A DNA stretch of 64,000 nt from Eledone cirrhosa (taxonomy: Eukaryota). Below the pieces are notes generated by a model, which did not search any database, was not told the DNA's origin, and saw nothing but the letters and a program-made list of their open reading frames with translations. How positions within the stretch are numbered: the stretch's first letter is position 1; each line of letters opens with the position of its first letter. The stretch spans positions 11,780,001-11,844,000 of the forward strand of contig OZ024747.1 in assembly GCA_964016885.1 (NCBI GenBank). Direction: 5' to 3'. Position numbers and translations under genes: made by a program. This document shows, in pieces, positions 41,773-55,258 of the stretch.

Positions 41773-42255
41773 CGTACGAAAGGCCGGTTGTATGATGCCT
41801 GTGTGAGGAGCGCGATGCTGCATGGTAGTGAGAGATGGGCAGCAACTGCAGAGGATATGCGACGGCTGGAGAGAAATGAGGCAAGTATGCTCCGTTGGAT
41901 GTGCAGTGTAAATGTGCGTGAACGACCCAGCATAAATGTGTTGAGAGAGAAACTGTGTCTGAGAGGGATAGAATGTAGTGTGCGGGAGAGGAGACTGAGG
42001 TGGTATGGACATGTGATGCATATGGAGGATGACCGATGGGTGAAGAAGTGCCAGGAAATGCCAGTTGAAGGAAGACGTGGTAGAGGTAGACCACGAAAAA
42101 CAAGGGCAGAGGTGGTGAGAACAGACCTCAGATTATTGAAGCTCACGGTGGAGATGACGAAGGACCGTGACGAGTGGAGAGATGCTGTGCTGAATAAGAC
42201 CCGTCCCACCCTTGCAAGCAGGGAAAAGCGGACGTAAAATGATGATGATGATGAT
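41773..42255 (+). mobile_element. 5'-truncated RTE-clade LINE, open reading to the 3' end
   Basis: KGRLYDACVRSAMLHGSERW...ERRLRWYGHVMHM...VEGRRGRGRPRKT...TKDRDEWR; (ATG)n tail. Confidence 0.92.
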
Positions 42256-42319
42256 ATATTTATATATATATAAATGGAATAGAATGAAACGAAATTTCAT
42301 TTCTCACTCTTAGTACGGC

Positions 42320-42790
42320 ACTTACTTAAATATAAGTATGTATACGTACATATATATATGTATACAGACGTACAGTAGTATGTATATATATATACATACA
42401 TGCACACATATATATATGCACGTATCGGTTTACTGAACATTTATTATAATGCTCGGTTTGTTTGTTTGTTTGTAAACAAACAAACAAACAAACAGCCCGA
42501 ATTACGCCATACAGTGTTTAGGCAACCAGGTCACCTTTTTGTTCAACACTGACACAGGAACGATGTACTAGTTTCAAGCTTATTAGCTATCGTCAGGATC
42601 GTACACCTTCCTGACAGATGGTTGAACATCTGAAAGTATATACTTTCCTTATGCATATTAATGGCTGAGCAGCCTAATTTGCATATTGAATGAGTTCAGT
42701 CAGCCGGGCGCACCAAAAACGATAAATGGAATAGAATGAAACAAATGTATATATATATACATATTACTGTACGTCTGTATACATATATGA
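42320..42790 (-). mobile_element. Penelope-like pLTR remnant, same family as 59178-59550
   Basis: Shares ATGTATACAGACG(T/C)ACAGTAGTATG, CATTTATTATAATGCTCGG and GTTCAACACTGAC blocks; partial inverted copy at 42746-42789. Confidence 0.65.
42560..42602 (-). ncRNA. Minimal hammerhead-like motif (stem I closing pair mismatched)
   Basis: rc: ACGATC-CTGACGA-TAGCTAATAAGCTT-GAAA-CTAGTA^CATCGT. Confidence 0.6.
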
Positions 42791-42808
42791 ATGTACATAT
42801 ACATATAT

Positions 42809-42844
<36 letters not shown>

Positions 42845-42931
42845 GTGTATGTATAAATATATATATATTGAATTGGGCATTTAATATACAATTGTACTCT
42901 AAACATTGACTGAATATATAACCAATATATG

Positions 42932-43020
<89 letters not shown>

Positions 43021-43520
43021 CAAACCATAATCCTATAATCACCCCCACCCCACCCATTAGACACATACTTCACAATATATACATCAAATTCCAGCACATC
43101 CTTCAAAACATGCCAACATGTGAACAGACATCATCATCACAACCATCATCACTACTGAATGTCTGTTTCCCATGCTTGTATGAGTTAGGTTGTCACATTC
43201 TGTGACTAGATTAGGCAGGTGACCCCATCTTGTTCATACATTCTATTTTTAGCTTGGTTTCCATGACTCTCTGCCCTTCCTATTATCAACCTTTTTACAT
43301 TGTGTACTGGGATTATTTTATCTTGACTTTGACACTGCCATCTTACAGTATGGACAGGGTGCTTTTCAAATGTATGTCTGTGTCTGTACATTATCTTCAT
43401 GATGTAGAAAATATTCCAGCACTATTGCCCAAATGATGTTGGCATCATCTTTAAAATACACCCGATGGTTGGGCCCAGTGCTATCAGCCCACAACAAAAA
43501 TCAAACTTGCTTTTCGTAAC

Positions 43521-43708
43521 AAGCGGTGGATTGGCAGTATCGGTAGAGGATTGGATGCCATGCTTTCCAGCATAGTTACGTCCCTTTATGATCTAAGTTC
43601 AAATCCCGCCGAGGTTAACTTTGCCTTTCATCCTTACAGGGTCGATAAAATAAAGTACCAGTAATGTACTGGGTAATTGCTGGCCTTGTGCCAAAAGTAG
43701 AAACAATT
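43521..43708 (+). mobile_element. tRNA-derived SINE with Deu/Nin-like domain
   Basis: TGGCAGTATCGGTAG...AGTTCAAATCCC...GCCTTTCATCCTTACAGGGTCGATAAAATAAAGTACC; tail repeated at 29160-29223. Confidence 0.75.
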
Positions 43709-43712
43709 ATGA

Positions 43713-43898
43713 CATAATTTTTTCATCTCAATTGGTCCCACTCTCTTTAACATTACACCAAAACACATAAAAACAGAAACAGATCCCATAAAATTCAAAA
43801 TGTCTTTAGAAAAATTCCTCCAAGAAATTGCAGATAAACCCCCTACACTCAGATATGTCTCTGAAAACAATAATTCTCTAATTCAAATTCTGATTTGA
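43713..43898 (+). mobile_element. CR1-group LINE ORF2 C-terminal fragment
   Basis: HNFFISIGPTLFNITPKHIK...FKMSLEKFLQEIADKP...NNSL*. Confidence 0.7.
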
Positions 43899-44176
43899 AA
43901 GTCTTCGCCAAGTGGTGCTATTAAGTTAGACATAGCCTGGGCCAATACTGGCCGAAAATTATCAAAGTTATATATAGTTATATAAGTTATCAAAGTCATA
44001 TATAGTGTGGAAAGTGGACGTTAAACGATGATGATATAATAGATATAAATCGAAGCTGTAGCTGTAATATAGAAGATACCAATCGAATTGTTTGAGGCAG
44101 TCACAAAGCACTCAATGATGTGAAAATTTAATACATGTTTAGATATCTTTAGGTTATACAAATAGATATCACTTAA

Positions 44177-44359
44177 CCCATTAGCATTTAAACCGGCCAG
44201 AATTTTCTCACCTCTTTCTGTTCAAACTGACCATAACAGGCCACTCATACTGACATTAAGATATTGTTCTCAAAATAAATATCAAAATCTCATAGATTCG
44301 ATATTTTGTGAGATACGAAAATATAATAGTAAATATAGAGTAATGAAAATGCTAAAGGG
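44177..44359. mobile_element. piggyBac-type MITE
   Basis: TTAA TSDs (44173-76, 44360-63); 13-bp TIRs CCCATTAGCATTT / AAATGCTAAAGGG with 1 mismatch. Confidence 0.8.
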
Positions 44360-44624
44360 TTAATATTTATATTTACAAATATATTGAAGTGAAAGACTGT
44401 GAATGTTTAAATAAGAGTATCATTATCTTACCTGTGTCTTTGTAGGTTAATTGTTGTTAGAGGGAAGTGTTAGAAAGTGATCATCAAGTAGACAGCTGGT
44501 AAATTCCTGTTTTATCCTTGATTAGAACCAAATTTTTTCTAAAATTATCAAAACAAAAATAAATTAACTTTAAACTACTTTGTTATGGGAAACTGTCATT
44601 ACTACAACAAAGTCTCATTCTTTG

Positions 44625-44860
44625 CCCACTTATTTCTGAGAGACTCTTAGGGTCAGAGTCCTCAAACACTCCTTCCGGTGGGTCCTATCAAAAGCAACTG
44701 TCTTCAATTGATCTAGCTGGATCTCCAAGACCAGCCGAGCTCATAAATGTTATCCAACTATCTTGCTCAGAGTTTACTCCAGGGTCTCCTGCCAGTTTGT
44801 TTTGCCTGTAATGTCTGTCCAGCGATTTTTTCCTAAGACATTCTAATCACATGTCCATAG
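44625..44860 (-). mobile_element. RTE LINE 3' fragment, same family as 8255-8675
   Basis: Shares CAGAGTCCTCAAACA, ATGTTATCCAA, TCTTGCTCAG and TCTGTCCAGCGATT blocks. Confidence 0.75.
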
Positions 44861-44911
44861 GTCCACTCAGGATGTGGACTTGGAACTGACAGATGTGTCT
44901 GTATGCATATA

Positions 44912-45061
44912 CAGAGAAATTCCGTTATAATGAAATTCTTTATAATGAGATCAACTGAAACAAATTGAGCATTTGTTTGTTATTACTTTGGGGATTGAAA
45001 AAAAATTTGTTATATTGAAAAATTCATTATAACGTTATTTGTTATAATGGAATTTTACCTG
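44912..45061. mobile_element. Tc1/mariner (pogo/Tigger-type) MITE
   Basis: TA TSDs; imperfect TIRs CAGAGAAATTCCGTTATAA / TTATAATGGAATTTTACCTG. Confidence 0.65.
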
Positions 45062-45123
45062 TATATAAAATGAGAAAATAAAAGTTACAGCTCACACATA
45101 TACACATTTAGCTGGCCTCCAAC

Positions 45124-45356
45124 AAGGATATATCTCCAAGGAGGTAAGGAGGTATCTCCAAGGATATATCTGCAAGGAGGTATCTCCAAGGATATATCTG
45201 CAAGGATATATCTCCAAGGATATATCTGCAAGGATATATCTCCAAGGATATATCTGCAAGGATATATCTCCAAGGAGCTAAGGAGGTATCTCCAAGGAAA
45301 TATCTCCAAGGAGGTATCTCCAAGGATATATCTGCAAGGATATATCTCCAAGGAGG
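45124..45356. repeat. 15-bp repeat AAGGATATATCT(C/G)C
   Basis: Direct. Confidence 0.9.
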
Positions 45357-45854
45357 TTTCTGGGCTGATTTAATGAGAGGTGTCCCAGTCCTATCTAGGA
45401 ATCAAACCCATGAATCTGATTTCCTAACCACTAGGTCACACATACACATGATTTAGTCACATCCATACACACACACATACATACACATATATACACATAC
45501 ACATATATACAGATAGTATAGCAGGGCATTATGGGATAGTTTTAACGAATCAATCAAACTCTTCCAGCCATAACGAATCAGGATGTCTACAAGATTTAAT
45601 TTTATCCAAATCTTGATGTGAAAAAATAAAAAAAAACAATGTGTGTATGTTTATGTGCCCTAGTATGTGAGAGAGGGGGAGGAGATAGAGGGGTGGGGGT
45701 GGAGATGAGAGAAGGTAAGAAAGAGGGGAGAGCGAATGAGAGTGGGAGAGAAAGAGGAGGGGAAAAGAATGAGAGGTGGAAAGGGAGGAGAGGGGGTAAG
45801 GAATGGTGAGATGGAAAGAGAGAAAGAGAGAATGTATTTATCAGTTTGACACAT

Positions 45855-46905
45855 GTGTAGGTGTGTGTTAGTGAGTATGTGTAGATGTGTGTTAGTGAGT
45901 ATGTGTGTATGTGTAGGTGTTAGTGAGTATGTGTAGGTGTGTGTTAGTGAGTATGTGTAGGTGTGTGTTAGTGAGTATGTGTAGATGTGTGTTAGTGAGT
46001 ATGTGTGTATGTGTAGGTGTTAGTGAGTATGTGTAGATGTGTGTTAGTGAGTATGTGTGTATGTGTAGGTGTTAGTGAGTATGTGTAGATGTGTGTTAGT
46101 GAGTATGTGTGTATGTGTAGGTGTTAGTGAGTATGTGTAGGTGTGTGTTAGTGAGTATGTGTAGGTGTGTGTTAGTGAGTATGTGTAGATGTGTGTTAGT
46201 GAGTATGTGTGTATGTGTAGGTGTTAGTGAGTATGTGTAGATGTGTGTTAGTGAGTATGTGTGTATGTGTAGGTGTTAGTGAGTATGTGTAGATGTGTGT
46301 TAGTGAGTATGTGTGTATGTGTAGGTGTTAGTGAGTATGTGTAGATGTGTGTTAGTGAGTATGTGTGTATGTGTAGGTGTTAGTGAGTATGTGTAGATGT
46401 GTGTTAGTGAGTATGTGTGTATGTGTAGGTGTTAGTGAGTATGTGTAGGTGTGTGTTAGTGAGTATGTGTAGGTGTGTGTTAGTGAGTATGTGTAGATGT
46501 GTGTTAGTGAGTATGTGTGTATGTGTAGGTGTTAGTGAGTATGTGTAGATGTGTGTTAGTGAGTATGTGTGTATGTGTAGGTGTTAGTGAGTATGTGTGT
46601 ATGTGTAGGTGTTAGTGAGTATGTGTAGATGTGTGTTAGTGAGTATGTGTGTATGTGTAGGTGTTAGTGAGTATGTGTAGATGTGTGTTAGTGAGTATGT
46701 GTGTATGTGTAGGTGTTAGTGAGTATGTGTAGGTGTGTGTTAGTGAGTATGTGTAGGTGTGTGTTAGTGAGTATGTGTAGATGTGTGTTAGTGAGTATGT
46801 GTGTATGTGTAGGTGTTAGTGAGTATGTGTAGGTGTGTGTTAGTGAGTATGTGTAGGTGTGTGTTAGTGAGTATGTGTAGGTGTTAGTGAGTATGTGTAG
46901 GTGTT
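45855..46905. repeat. GTGTTAGTGAGTATGTGTAG minisatellite
   Basis: Direct. Confidence 0.95.
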
Positions 46906-47116
46906 AGTGCGCATGCACATGCATGTGCCTTAATGCGTGTGTGTGTGTGGTAATATGTTGTGTGCGTATATATCTGTTGGAGTGTGTACAGTACATGTGT
47001 GTGTGTGGTAATGAATGTGAATGTGTGTGTATGATTTGATAGGTGTGTTTGTCTGTAAGCATTTTGATACATGTACAACATTTTTTATTAACATGTATGT
47101 GTGTGTGTGTGTGTGT

Positions 47117-47180
<64 letters not shown>

Positions 47181-47342
47181 ATGTTGTGAGATGTGTGAGC
47201 GCTGCTATCATCTGTGTATTGGTATATATGTACGTATGTGTGTGTTGTGTGTGTTGGTATGTTTATTGTTTGTTTAAGATAAGTTGAGTATTTACCAAAT
47301 TATACCACTGCCACCACCACCACCACCACCACCATTGAAACA

Positions 47343-47538
47343 GATATTGTTACACTTTGGTAGGGTCATGCTGCCAATAAAAACACACACACCTATGGTT
47401 TTCACTTCAATGTATTACAAATTTCCAGTTGGTTGCTTTAATAACTGGATGGTTGTTTATTTGCTTATTTCACACAATAACAAATTAGTCATTGAGGAGG
47501 TCACAGAATGAGTGATGAAAGAGCTTTGACAATAAAAA
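47343..47538 (+). mobile_element. Degenerate copy of the 25107 Penelope-like family with mutated hammerhead (47488-47530)
   Basis: TACACTTTGGTAGGGTCATGCTGCCAATAA terminus; GTCA-TTGAGGA-G-GTCAC...GTGAT-GAAAGAGCTT-TGAC (core C3 changed to T). Confidence 0.7.
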
Positions 47539-47542
47539 ACTA

Positions 47543-47652
47543 TGTGAAATGAAGTGTCTTGCTTAAGAAAACAACACACTGCCCAGTCAAGGGATTAGAT
47601 CCACAATCTTATAATCAAGAATTCAACTCCCTAACCACTAAGCCATATACCT
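47543..47652 (-). mobile_element. tRNA-SINE head, same family as 37884
   Basis: rc contains ATGGCTTAGTGGTTAG ... AGCAAGACACTTCATTTCACA. Confidence 0.7.
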
Positions 47653-47681
47653 TTACATGTTCTCTATATCTTTACTTCCAG

Positions 47682-47795
47682 ATCACTCACTGGCAGAGTC
47701 CTCATATGCATGCTTACTTCCCGGCTTTGAACTCCTTTCCATCGTTGTTGGCAGAAATGGTAGCTGATGCCATTAACTGCCTAGGATTTACATGG
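47682..47795 (+). CDS. HDC: Histidine decarboxylase internal exon (114 nt, phase 0/0)
   Basis: [38 protein letters not shown]; acceptor tctttacttccag, donor gtaagt. WQSPHMHAY and [10 protein letters not shown] distinguish HDC from DDC/TDC among group II PLP decarboxylases. Confidence 0.93.
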
Positions 47796-47839
47796 GTAAG
47801 TACCTGCTTTCTAGCATCTTTCTAGCATCTTGAGCTTTG

Positions 47840-48230
47840 GGTAACATCTGGGGTAGAGAATATCTTGGGTGGCGGGGGGTGACATCTGGCTTAGTAACAT
47901 GTTGGGTAGGTAACATCTGGGGGGGAGGGGTGACATCAGGGTTAGTAACATGCTGGGTAGGTAACATCTGGGTGGGGGGGGGGTGACATGTTGGGTAGGT
48001 AACATCTGGAGGGAGGGTGACATCTGGGTTAGTAACATGTTGGGTAGGTAACATCTGGGTTAGTAGCATGTTGGATAGGTAACATCTGGGTTAGTAACAT
48101 GTTGGATAGGTAACATCTGGGGAGGGGGGAGGGGTGACATCTGGGTTAGTAACATGTCGAGTAGGTAACATCTAGAGTAACAACTGAGGTAATATGTCGT
48201 GTAAGCAACATCTAGGTTAACATCTGGGGT
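47840..48230. repeat. TAACATCTGGG/TAGTAACATGTTGG minisatellite
   Basis: Direct. Confidence 0.85.
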
Positions 48231-48319
48231 AAATATACGTTCTTATATATATATATATAGGTAAAGTCAATTTTTAAAAATTTATTTTGAAACTTTTTCA
48301 TTATTTACTAAACCTTGTT

Positions 48320-48374
<55 letters not shown>

Positions 48375-48473
48375 AATAGAAAGAAAGAGTAAGTGGGGTA
48401 AAAACCCACCCTCTATACCCACTCTGCTTCTTCTTATGTCTTGATTCATGGTCTCCCTGCTCTCAACACCGCA

Positions 48474-48538
<65 letters not shown>

Positions 48539-49297
48539 TGTATATACATGAATGCATATGCATTCACAAACACACACATGTACATATATATATACACAGA
48601 CACACATGTGTATGTTTGTGAATACATGTGCATTCATGTATGTAATGACATGAAATACATTTGGCTGTTACTTCGTTTTTCATTAAAGACATCTGGTATA
48701 CATCTGTCACATCTTCTATATATTACCTGTCAATTTACCTGTTTTATATTGCATAGACAATAACATCTACACTTACATATGTCTATGTGTACGTATTATG
48801 TGTGTATGTGTGTGTATATATTGGTAGCTAGTGAGAGAGAGAGAAATAGAAATATATATAATTATAGTTATATATATATAAATACACACATATATATGCT
48901 CACTTTTACATATATTTATATTCATATATATATAAATAAATGTGTGTGTGTATGTATATATATATATATATGTATGTGCACATTTATTTATATTTGTATT
49001 CATATATATATATATATATACACATTAATATGTACCAATGATATTTAGTCACCGTCTATCACAATCAAAGTATCCCTCACGGCTAATACTGAATGCCCAT
49101 CCCTCCCAGTATCACTTAAGATTTAAAAGCCTCATCTATCTAGCTTTTAACTCCATCACTACATGTCACTCATCACCTTTTTATATAATGGCTAACTAAG
49201 TAGAAACAGGAATTTTCTTTACAATTTCTATTCATTTCTTAGGCAGTGACATGGTTTCAATATCTCATTGGCATCATTTTACCTCGCTTTCATCTCA

Positions 49298-49605
49298 ACA
49301 TCATCATCATCATCATCATTATATGTCCGCTTTTCCCTGCTTGCAAGTGTGGGACGGGTCCTATTCAGCATCTCGTCACTTGTCACGGTCCTTTATCATC
49401 TCCTCCATGAGTTTCAGTGATCTGAGGTCTACTCTCATAACCTCCACCCTTGTTTTTCGTGGTCTTTTACTGCGTATTTCTTCGACTGGGATTTCTTGAC
49501 ACTTCTTTACCCAACGGTCATCTTCCATGCACATCACATGTCCATACCAACCCAGTCTTCTGCACACCACAACTTATCCCTCTTATACCCAGTTTCTCTC
49601 TCAAC
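49298..49605 (-). mobile_element. RTE LINE 3' fragment, same family as 41773-42255
   Basis: RRLGWYGHVMCMEDDRWVKKCQEIPVE...RPRKT; (CAT)n tail on + strand. Confidence 0.88.
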
Positions 49606-49623
49606 TCATCTATAATTCTTTAA

Positions 49624-49855
49624 CCCTTTGGTTATCAACCTGGTCACAATTGGCTCTGGTTTGATGAAATAAAACCACCCATTTTAAAGGTTTCCTATTT
49701 AAATTAAAATCTTCCAACATAATTTTATATAAGACCCTTACATTAAGATACTATCTTAATAATTAAATAATTGCTAATTTTAGTAAATCCCTCAAAATTC
49801 TTCCTTAATTAATTAGAGTAGAGTGTATTTCATTAGAAATGTGGTCATGAAAGAG
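49624..49855. mobile_element. Degenerate piggyBac-type MITE
   Basis: TTAA on both sides; CCCTTTGGTTATCA vs rc CTCTTTCATGACCA (9/14 match). Confidence 0.45.
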
Positions 49856-50119
49856 TTAAGTTACTATCTTAGTAATGAAATAATTAATAATTTTAGTAAA
49901 TTCTTCAAAATTCTTCATTAATTAATTAAAATAATATGTATTTCATTAGAAATGCAGTTCAACATTGAGATTGTGAGCAGGCCACCTGTACCATTAAACC
50001 ATGCACCTTCTCAATAGACTTCATACATAGACACAAAACTTCTAAATTTATATTGATAAATGGGAAAACAATCTTCTGTGGCCTTCCTTCCTTTCCATAA
50101 TACTTTCATGACTGTTTAC

Positions 50120-52650
50120 TGTTGTTATCATTACAGTAACTGTTGTTATCATTACAGTTACTGTTGTTATCATTACAGTTACTGCTGTTATCATTACAGT
50201 TACTGCTGTTATCATTACAGTAACTGTTGTTATCATTACAGTTACTGTTGTTATCATTACAGTTACTGTTGTTATCATTACAGTTACTGCTGTTATCATT
50301 ACAGTTACTGTTGTTATCATTACAGTTACTGCTGTTATCATTACAGTAACTGTTGTTATCATTACAGTTACTGTTGTTATCATTACAGTTACTGCTGTTA
50401 TCATTACAGTTACTGCTGTTATCATTACAGTTACTGTTGTTATCATTACAGTTACTGTTGTTATCATTACAGTTACTGTTGTTATCATTACAGTAACTGT
50501 TGTTATCATTACAGTTACTGCTGTTATCATTACAGTAACTGTTGTTATCATTACAGTTACTGTTGTTATCATTACAGTTACTGCTGTTATCATTACAGTT
50601 ACTGTTGTTATCATTACAGTTACTGTTGTTATCATTACAGTAACTGTTGTTATCATTACAGTTACTGTTGTTATCATTACAGTTACTGCTGTTATCATTA
50701 CAGTTACTGCTGTTATCATTACAGTTACTGTTGTTATCATTACAGTTACTGTTGTTATCATTACAGTTACTGCTGTTATCATTACAGTTACTGCTGTTAT
50801 CATTACAGTTACTGTTGTTATCATTACAGTTACTGCTGTTATCATTACAGTTACTGTTGTTATCATTACAGTTACTGCTGTTATCATTACAGTTACTGTT
50901 GTTATCATTACAGTAACGGCTGTTATCATTACAGTTACTGCTGTTATCATTACAGTTACTGCTGTTATCATTACAGTTACTGCTGTTATCATTACAGTTC
51001 CTGTTGTTATCATTACAGTTACTGCTGTTATCATTACAGTTACTGTTGTTATCATTACAGTTACTGCTGTTATCATTACAGTTACTGTTGTTATCATTAC
51101 AGTTACTGCTGTTATCATTACAGTTCCTGTTGTTATCATTACAGTTACTGTTGTTATCATTACAGTTACTGTTTTTATCATTACAGTTACTGTTGTTATC
51201 ATTACAGTTACTGCTGTTATCATTACAGTTACTGCTGTTATCATTACAGTTACTGTTGTTATCATTACAGTTACTGCTGTTATCATTACAGTTACTGCTG
51301 TTATCATTACAGTTACTGTTGTTATCATTACAGTTACTGCTGTTATCATTACAGTTACTGTTGTTATCATTACAGTTACTGTTGTTATCATTACAGTTAC
51401 TGCTGTTATCATTACAGTTACTGTTGTTATCATTACAGTTACTGCTGTTATCATTACAGTTACTGTTGTTATCATTACAGTTACTGTTGTTATCATTACA
51501 GTTCCTGTTGTTATCATTACAGTTACTGTTGTTATCATTACAGTTACTGTTGTTATCATTACAGTTACTGCTGTTATCATTACAGTTACTGCTGTTATCA
51601 TTACAGTTACTGTTGTTATCATTACAGTTACTGTTGTTATCATTACAGTTACTGCTGTTATCATTACAGTTACTGCTGTTATCATTACAGTTACTGTTGT
51701 TATCATTACAGTTACTGCTGTTATCATTACAGTTACTGTTGTTATCATTACAGTTACTGCTGTTATCATTACAGTTACTGTTGTTATCATTACAGTAACG
51801 GCTGTTATCATTACAGTTACTGCTGTTATCATTACAGTTACTGCTGTTATCATTACAGTTACTGTTGTTATCATTACAGTTCCTGTTGTTATCATTACAG
51901 TTACTGCTGTTATCATTACAGTTACTGTTGTTATCATTACAGTTACTGCTGTTATCATTACAGTTACTGTTGTTATCATTACAGTTACTGCTGTTATCAT
52001 TACAGTTCCTGTTGTTATCATTACAGTTACTGTTGTTATCATTACAGTTACTGTTTTTATCATTACAGTTACTGTTGTTATCATTACAGTTACTGCTGTT
52101 ATCATTACAGTTACTGCTGTTATCATTACAGTTACTGTTGTTATCATTACAGTTACTGCTGTTATCATTACAGTTACTGCTGTTATCATTACAGTTACTG
52201 TTGTTATCATTACAGTTACTGCTGTTATCATTACAGTTACTGTTGTTATCATTACAGTTACTGTTGTTATCATTACAGTTACTGCTGTTATCATTACAGT
52301 TACTGTTGTTATCATTACAGTTACTGCTGTTATCATTACAGTTACTGTTGTTATCATTACAGTTACTGTTGTTATCATTACAGTTCCTGTTGTTATCATT
52401 ACAGTTACTGCTGTTATCATTACAGTTACTGCTGTTATCATTACAGTTACTGCTGTTATCATTACAGTTACTGTTGTTATCATTACAGTTACTGTTGTTA
52501 TCATTACAGTTACTGTTGTTATCATTACAGTTACTACTGTTATCATTACAGTTACTGTTGTTATCATTACAGTTACTGTTGTTATCATTACAGTTACTGC
52601 TGTTATCATTACAGTTACTGCTGTTATCATTACAGTTACTGTTGTTATTA
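50120..52650. repeat. 21-bp minisatellite GTTATCATTACAGTTACTG(C/T)T, ~120 copies
   Basis: Direct; gives the TVTVMIT / YSYCCYH / LLLLSLQ ORFs. Confidence 0.98.
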
Positions 52651-52769
52651 CTATTATTACAGTTACTGCTGTTATTACTATTATTACAGTTACTGTTATT
52701 ACTATCGTTATTATTATTATTACTATAGCTATTATTATCATTGTTGTCGATATTGCTATTATTATTAGC

Positions 52770-53320
52770 ACCACCATCACAATCATTATTACCACCACTA
52801 CTATCACCATCACCACCATCATTACTACCACCGCCACCACCATACCATTATTAATACTACCACCACCACCACCATCATTACTACCACCACCACCACCATC
52901 ACCATACCATTATTAATACTACCACCACCATACCGTTATTATCCCCACCACCGCCACCATCATCATTGACACCACCACCACCATCATTATTGACACCACC
53001 ACCACCACCACCGTTATTACCTCCACCACCACCACCATCATTATTGACACCACCACCACCACCGTTATTATCCCACCACCACCACCATCATTATTGACAC
53101 CACCACCACCACCGTTATTACCCCCACCACCACCACCATCATTATTGACACCACCACCACCACCGTTATTACCCCCACCACCACCACCAACATTATTGAC
53201 ACCACCACCACCACCACCGTTATTACCCCCACCACCACCACCACCATTATTGACACCACCACCACCACCGTTATTACCCCCACCACCACCACCATCATTA
53301 TTGACACCACTACTGTCACC
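52770..53320. repeat. ACC-rich array with ATTATTGAC / CCGTTATTAC cores
   Basis: Direct. Confidence 0.9.
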
Positions 53321-53466
53321 AGCGCCACCATTAATATTAATATTATTATCTGCTGGATCTTGTTATTTTTTACCTAATATATATGTATTATATCTCTCCA
53401 GTTATATTGTTCTTTTTTCCTTCCAATCTCTATTGCTCTATCTACCTACATCTCCCCCTCTCTCTC

Positions 53467-53513
<47 letters not shown>

Positions 53514-53830
53514 CCTCTCTCTCTCTCTCTCTCTATCTACCTATCTATCCATCTTTTTTCTCCCTTTCTTTCTGATTTCATTTACCACAAGCTACTTCAC
53601 TCTACGTGCTGCAGAGTTGTTTCTGTTGTAATATCAATCTGACTGTATTGAGAGTTAGTGGAAGGTGGTTTGTTGTGGAATGGCAGGGAGGGGGCCATTC
53701 CATAGTGGGCCCCACCTCCCCCCAGATGCAAGAAGATGTTGGGAGGGGTTGGATGATGTCAAACAAAAAAACCTGCCATAAAACAGACAAAATGACTGCA
53801 CTGAAGTGTGTGTAGTGGACATGATTGGTT

Positions 53831-53879
<49 letters not shown>

Positions 53880-54184
53880 TACACATATATACACGCACAT
53901 ATCTATCTGAAGATGTGTGTGAAAAAAATATACATATATACACACACACACACACTTATATTTATGTGTCTTTGAAGGTATGTGTGTGTAAATATTTATA
54001 TACATACATATATATGTCATCATCATTTCATTTTACGTCCGCTTTTTCCCTGTGGGTGTATGGATGTGTGTATATATGTGTATGTGTGCGTGTGTGTCCA
54101 ACCCTTGCTAATAGGCAAGTAGATGTTGAAACAACAATGATGACTATATATATATATATATACACTCACGCACATAAGTATATT

Positions 54185-54227
<43 letters not shown>

Positions 54228-54244
54228 TCATACACATAAGTATA

Positions 54245-54302
<58 letters not shown>

Positions 54303-54799
54303 AATATATATATATATGTATATATATGCACACACACATTCATATATATGTCTGTGTGGCTGTATGTTTAAAGAGAAGACCTAATCAGAGGAAGATTTAC
54401 AATTTCACATGGAACACATGCATTGAGATTTCACAGTATATATTGAATGAAGCTGACTTTTGTTTGATGTCAGAATTACATTAATACATTATTAGGATGG
54501 AGTCAACAAATTAATCTGTCGCATCTTAAAATTTCATTCTTATTCACCATTGGTTTCCTAGTTCAAAACCCACCGAGATCAACTGGCATGAAAATAAATT
54601 CAATTAAAGAAAATAATAAAATTTTATACACACACCTATATAGGTTTAGCTGGCCTTTAACCATATTATATCTCATATATCTTGGGTGTTTTAATGATAG
54701 GGGCCTCCAGTCTTATGTTATTGATACATCTTACCCCATGTAGGTTTAGCTGGCCTCCTACCACAGTAAATTTCTTGGGTGTTTTAATGAGACTGGTGA

Positions 54800-55126
54800 T
54801 CACTGCGATGTTTATCTAACTCCATTGCCGCCACAATTACCTCCCTTCATACCACCATTTGTCATCACTGCGATGTTTATCTACCTCCATTGCCACGACA
54901 ATTACCTCCCTTTATACCCACCATTTGTCATCACTGTCATGTTTATCTACCTCCATTGCCACCACAGTTACCTCCCTTTATACCCACCATTTGTCATCAC
55001 TGCAATGTTTACCTTAATTGCCACCACAATTACCTCCCTTCATACCCACCATTTGTCATCACTGCAATGTTTAATCTAACTCTATTGCCACCACAATTAC
55101 CTCCCTTTATATCCACCATATTTGTC
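54800..55126. repeat. ~66-bp minisatellite, 5 copies, abutting an HDC acceptor
   Basis: TCACTG(C/T)..TGTTTA at 54800, 54865, 54931, 54997, 55059. Confidence 0.9.
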
Positions 55127-55135
55127 TATTTCTAG

Positions 55136-55258
55136 GCATCTAGTCCAGCCTGTACTGAGTTAGAAGCTATCGTTATGGATTGGCTGGCCAAAATGATTGG
55201 TTTACCATCAGATTTCCAACACCGCACTCCACAGACCAATGGAGGGGGTGTCATACAG
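55136..55258 (+). CDS. HDC: Histidine decarboxylase next exon (123 nt, phase 0/0)
   Basis: [41 protein letters not shown]; acceptor tttgtctatttctag, donor gttagt; continues GFTW|[10 protein letters not shown] in frame; absent from the ORF track. Confidence 0.95.

Noticed and set aside
50048-52843. ~900-aa heptad ORFs
   Set aside because: 21-bp tandem repeat inside the HDC intron
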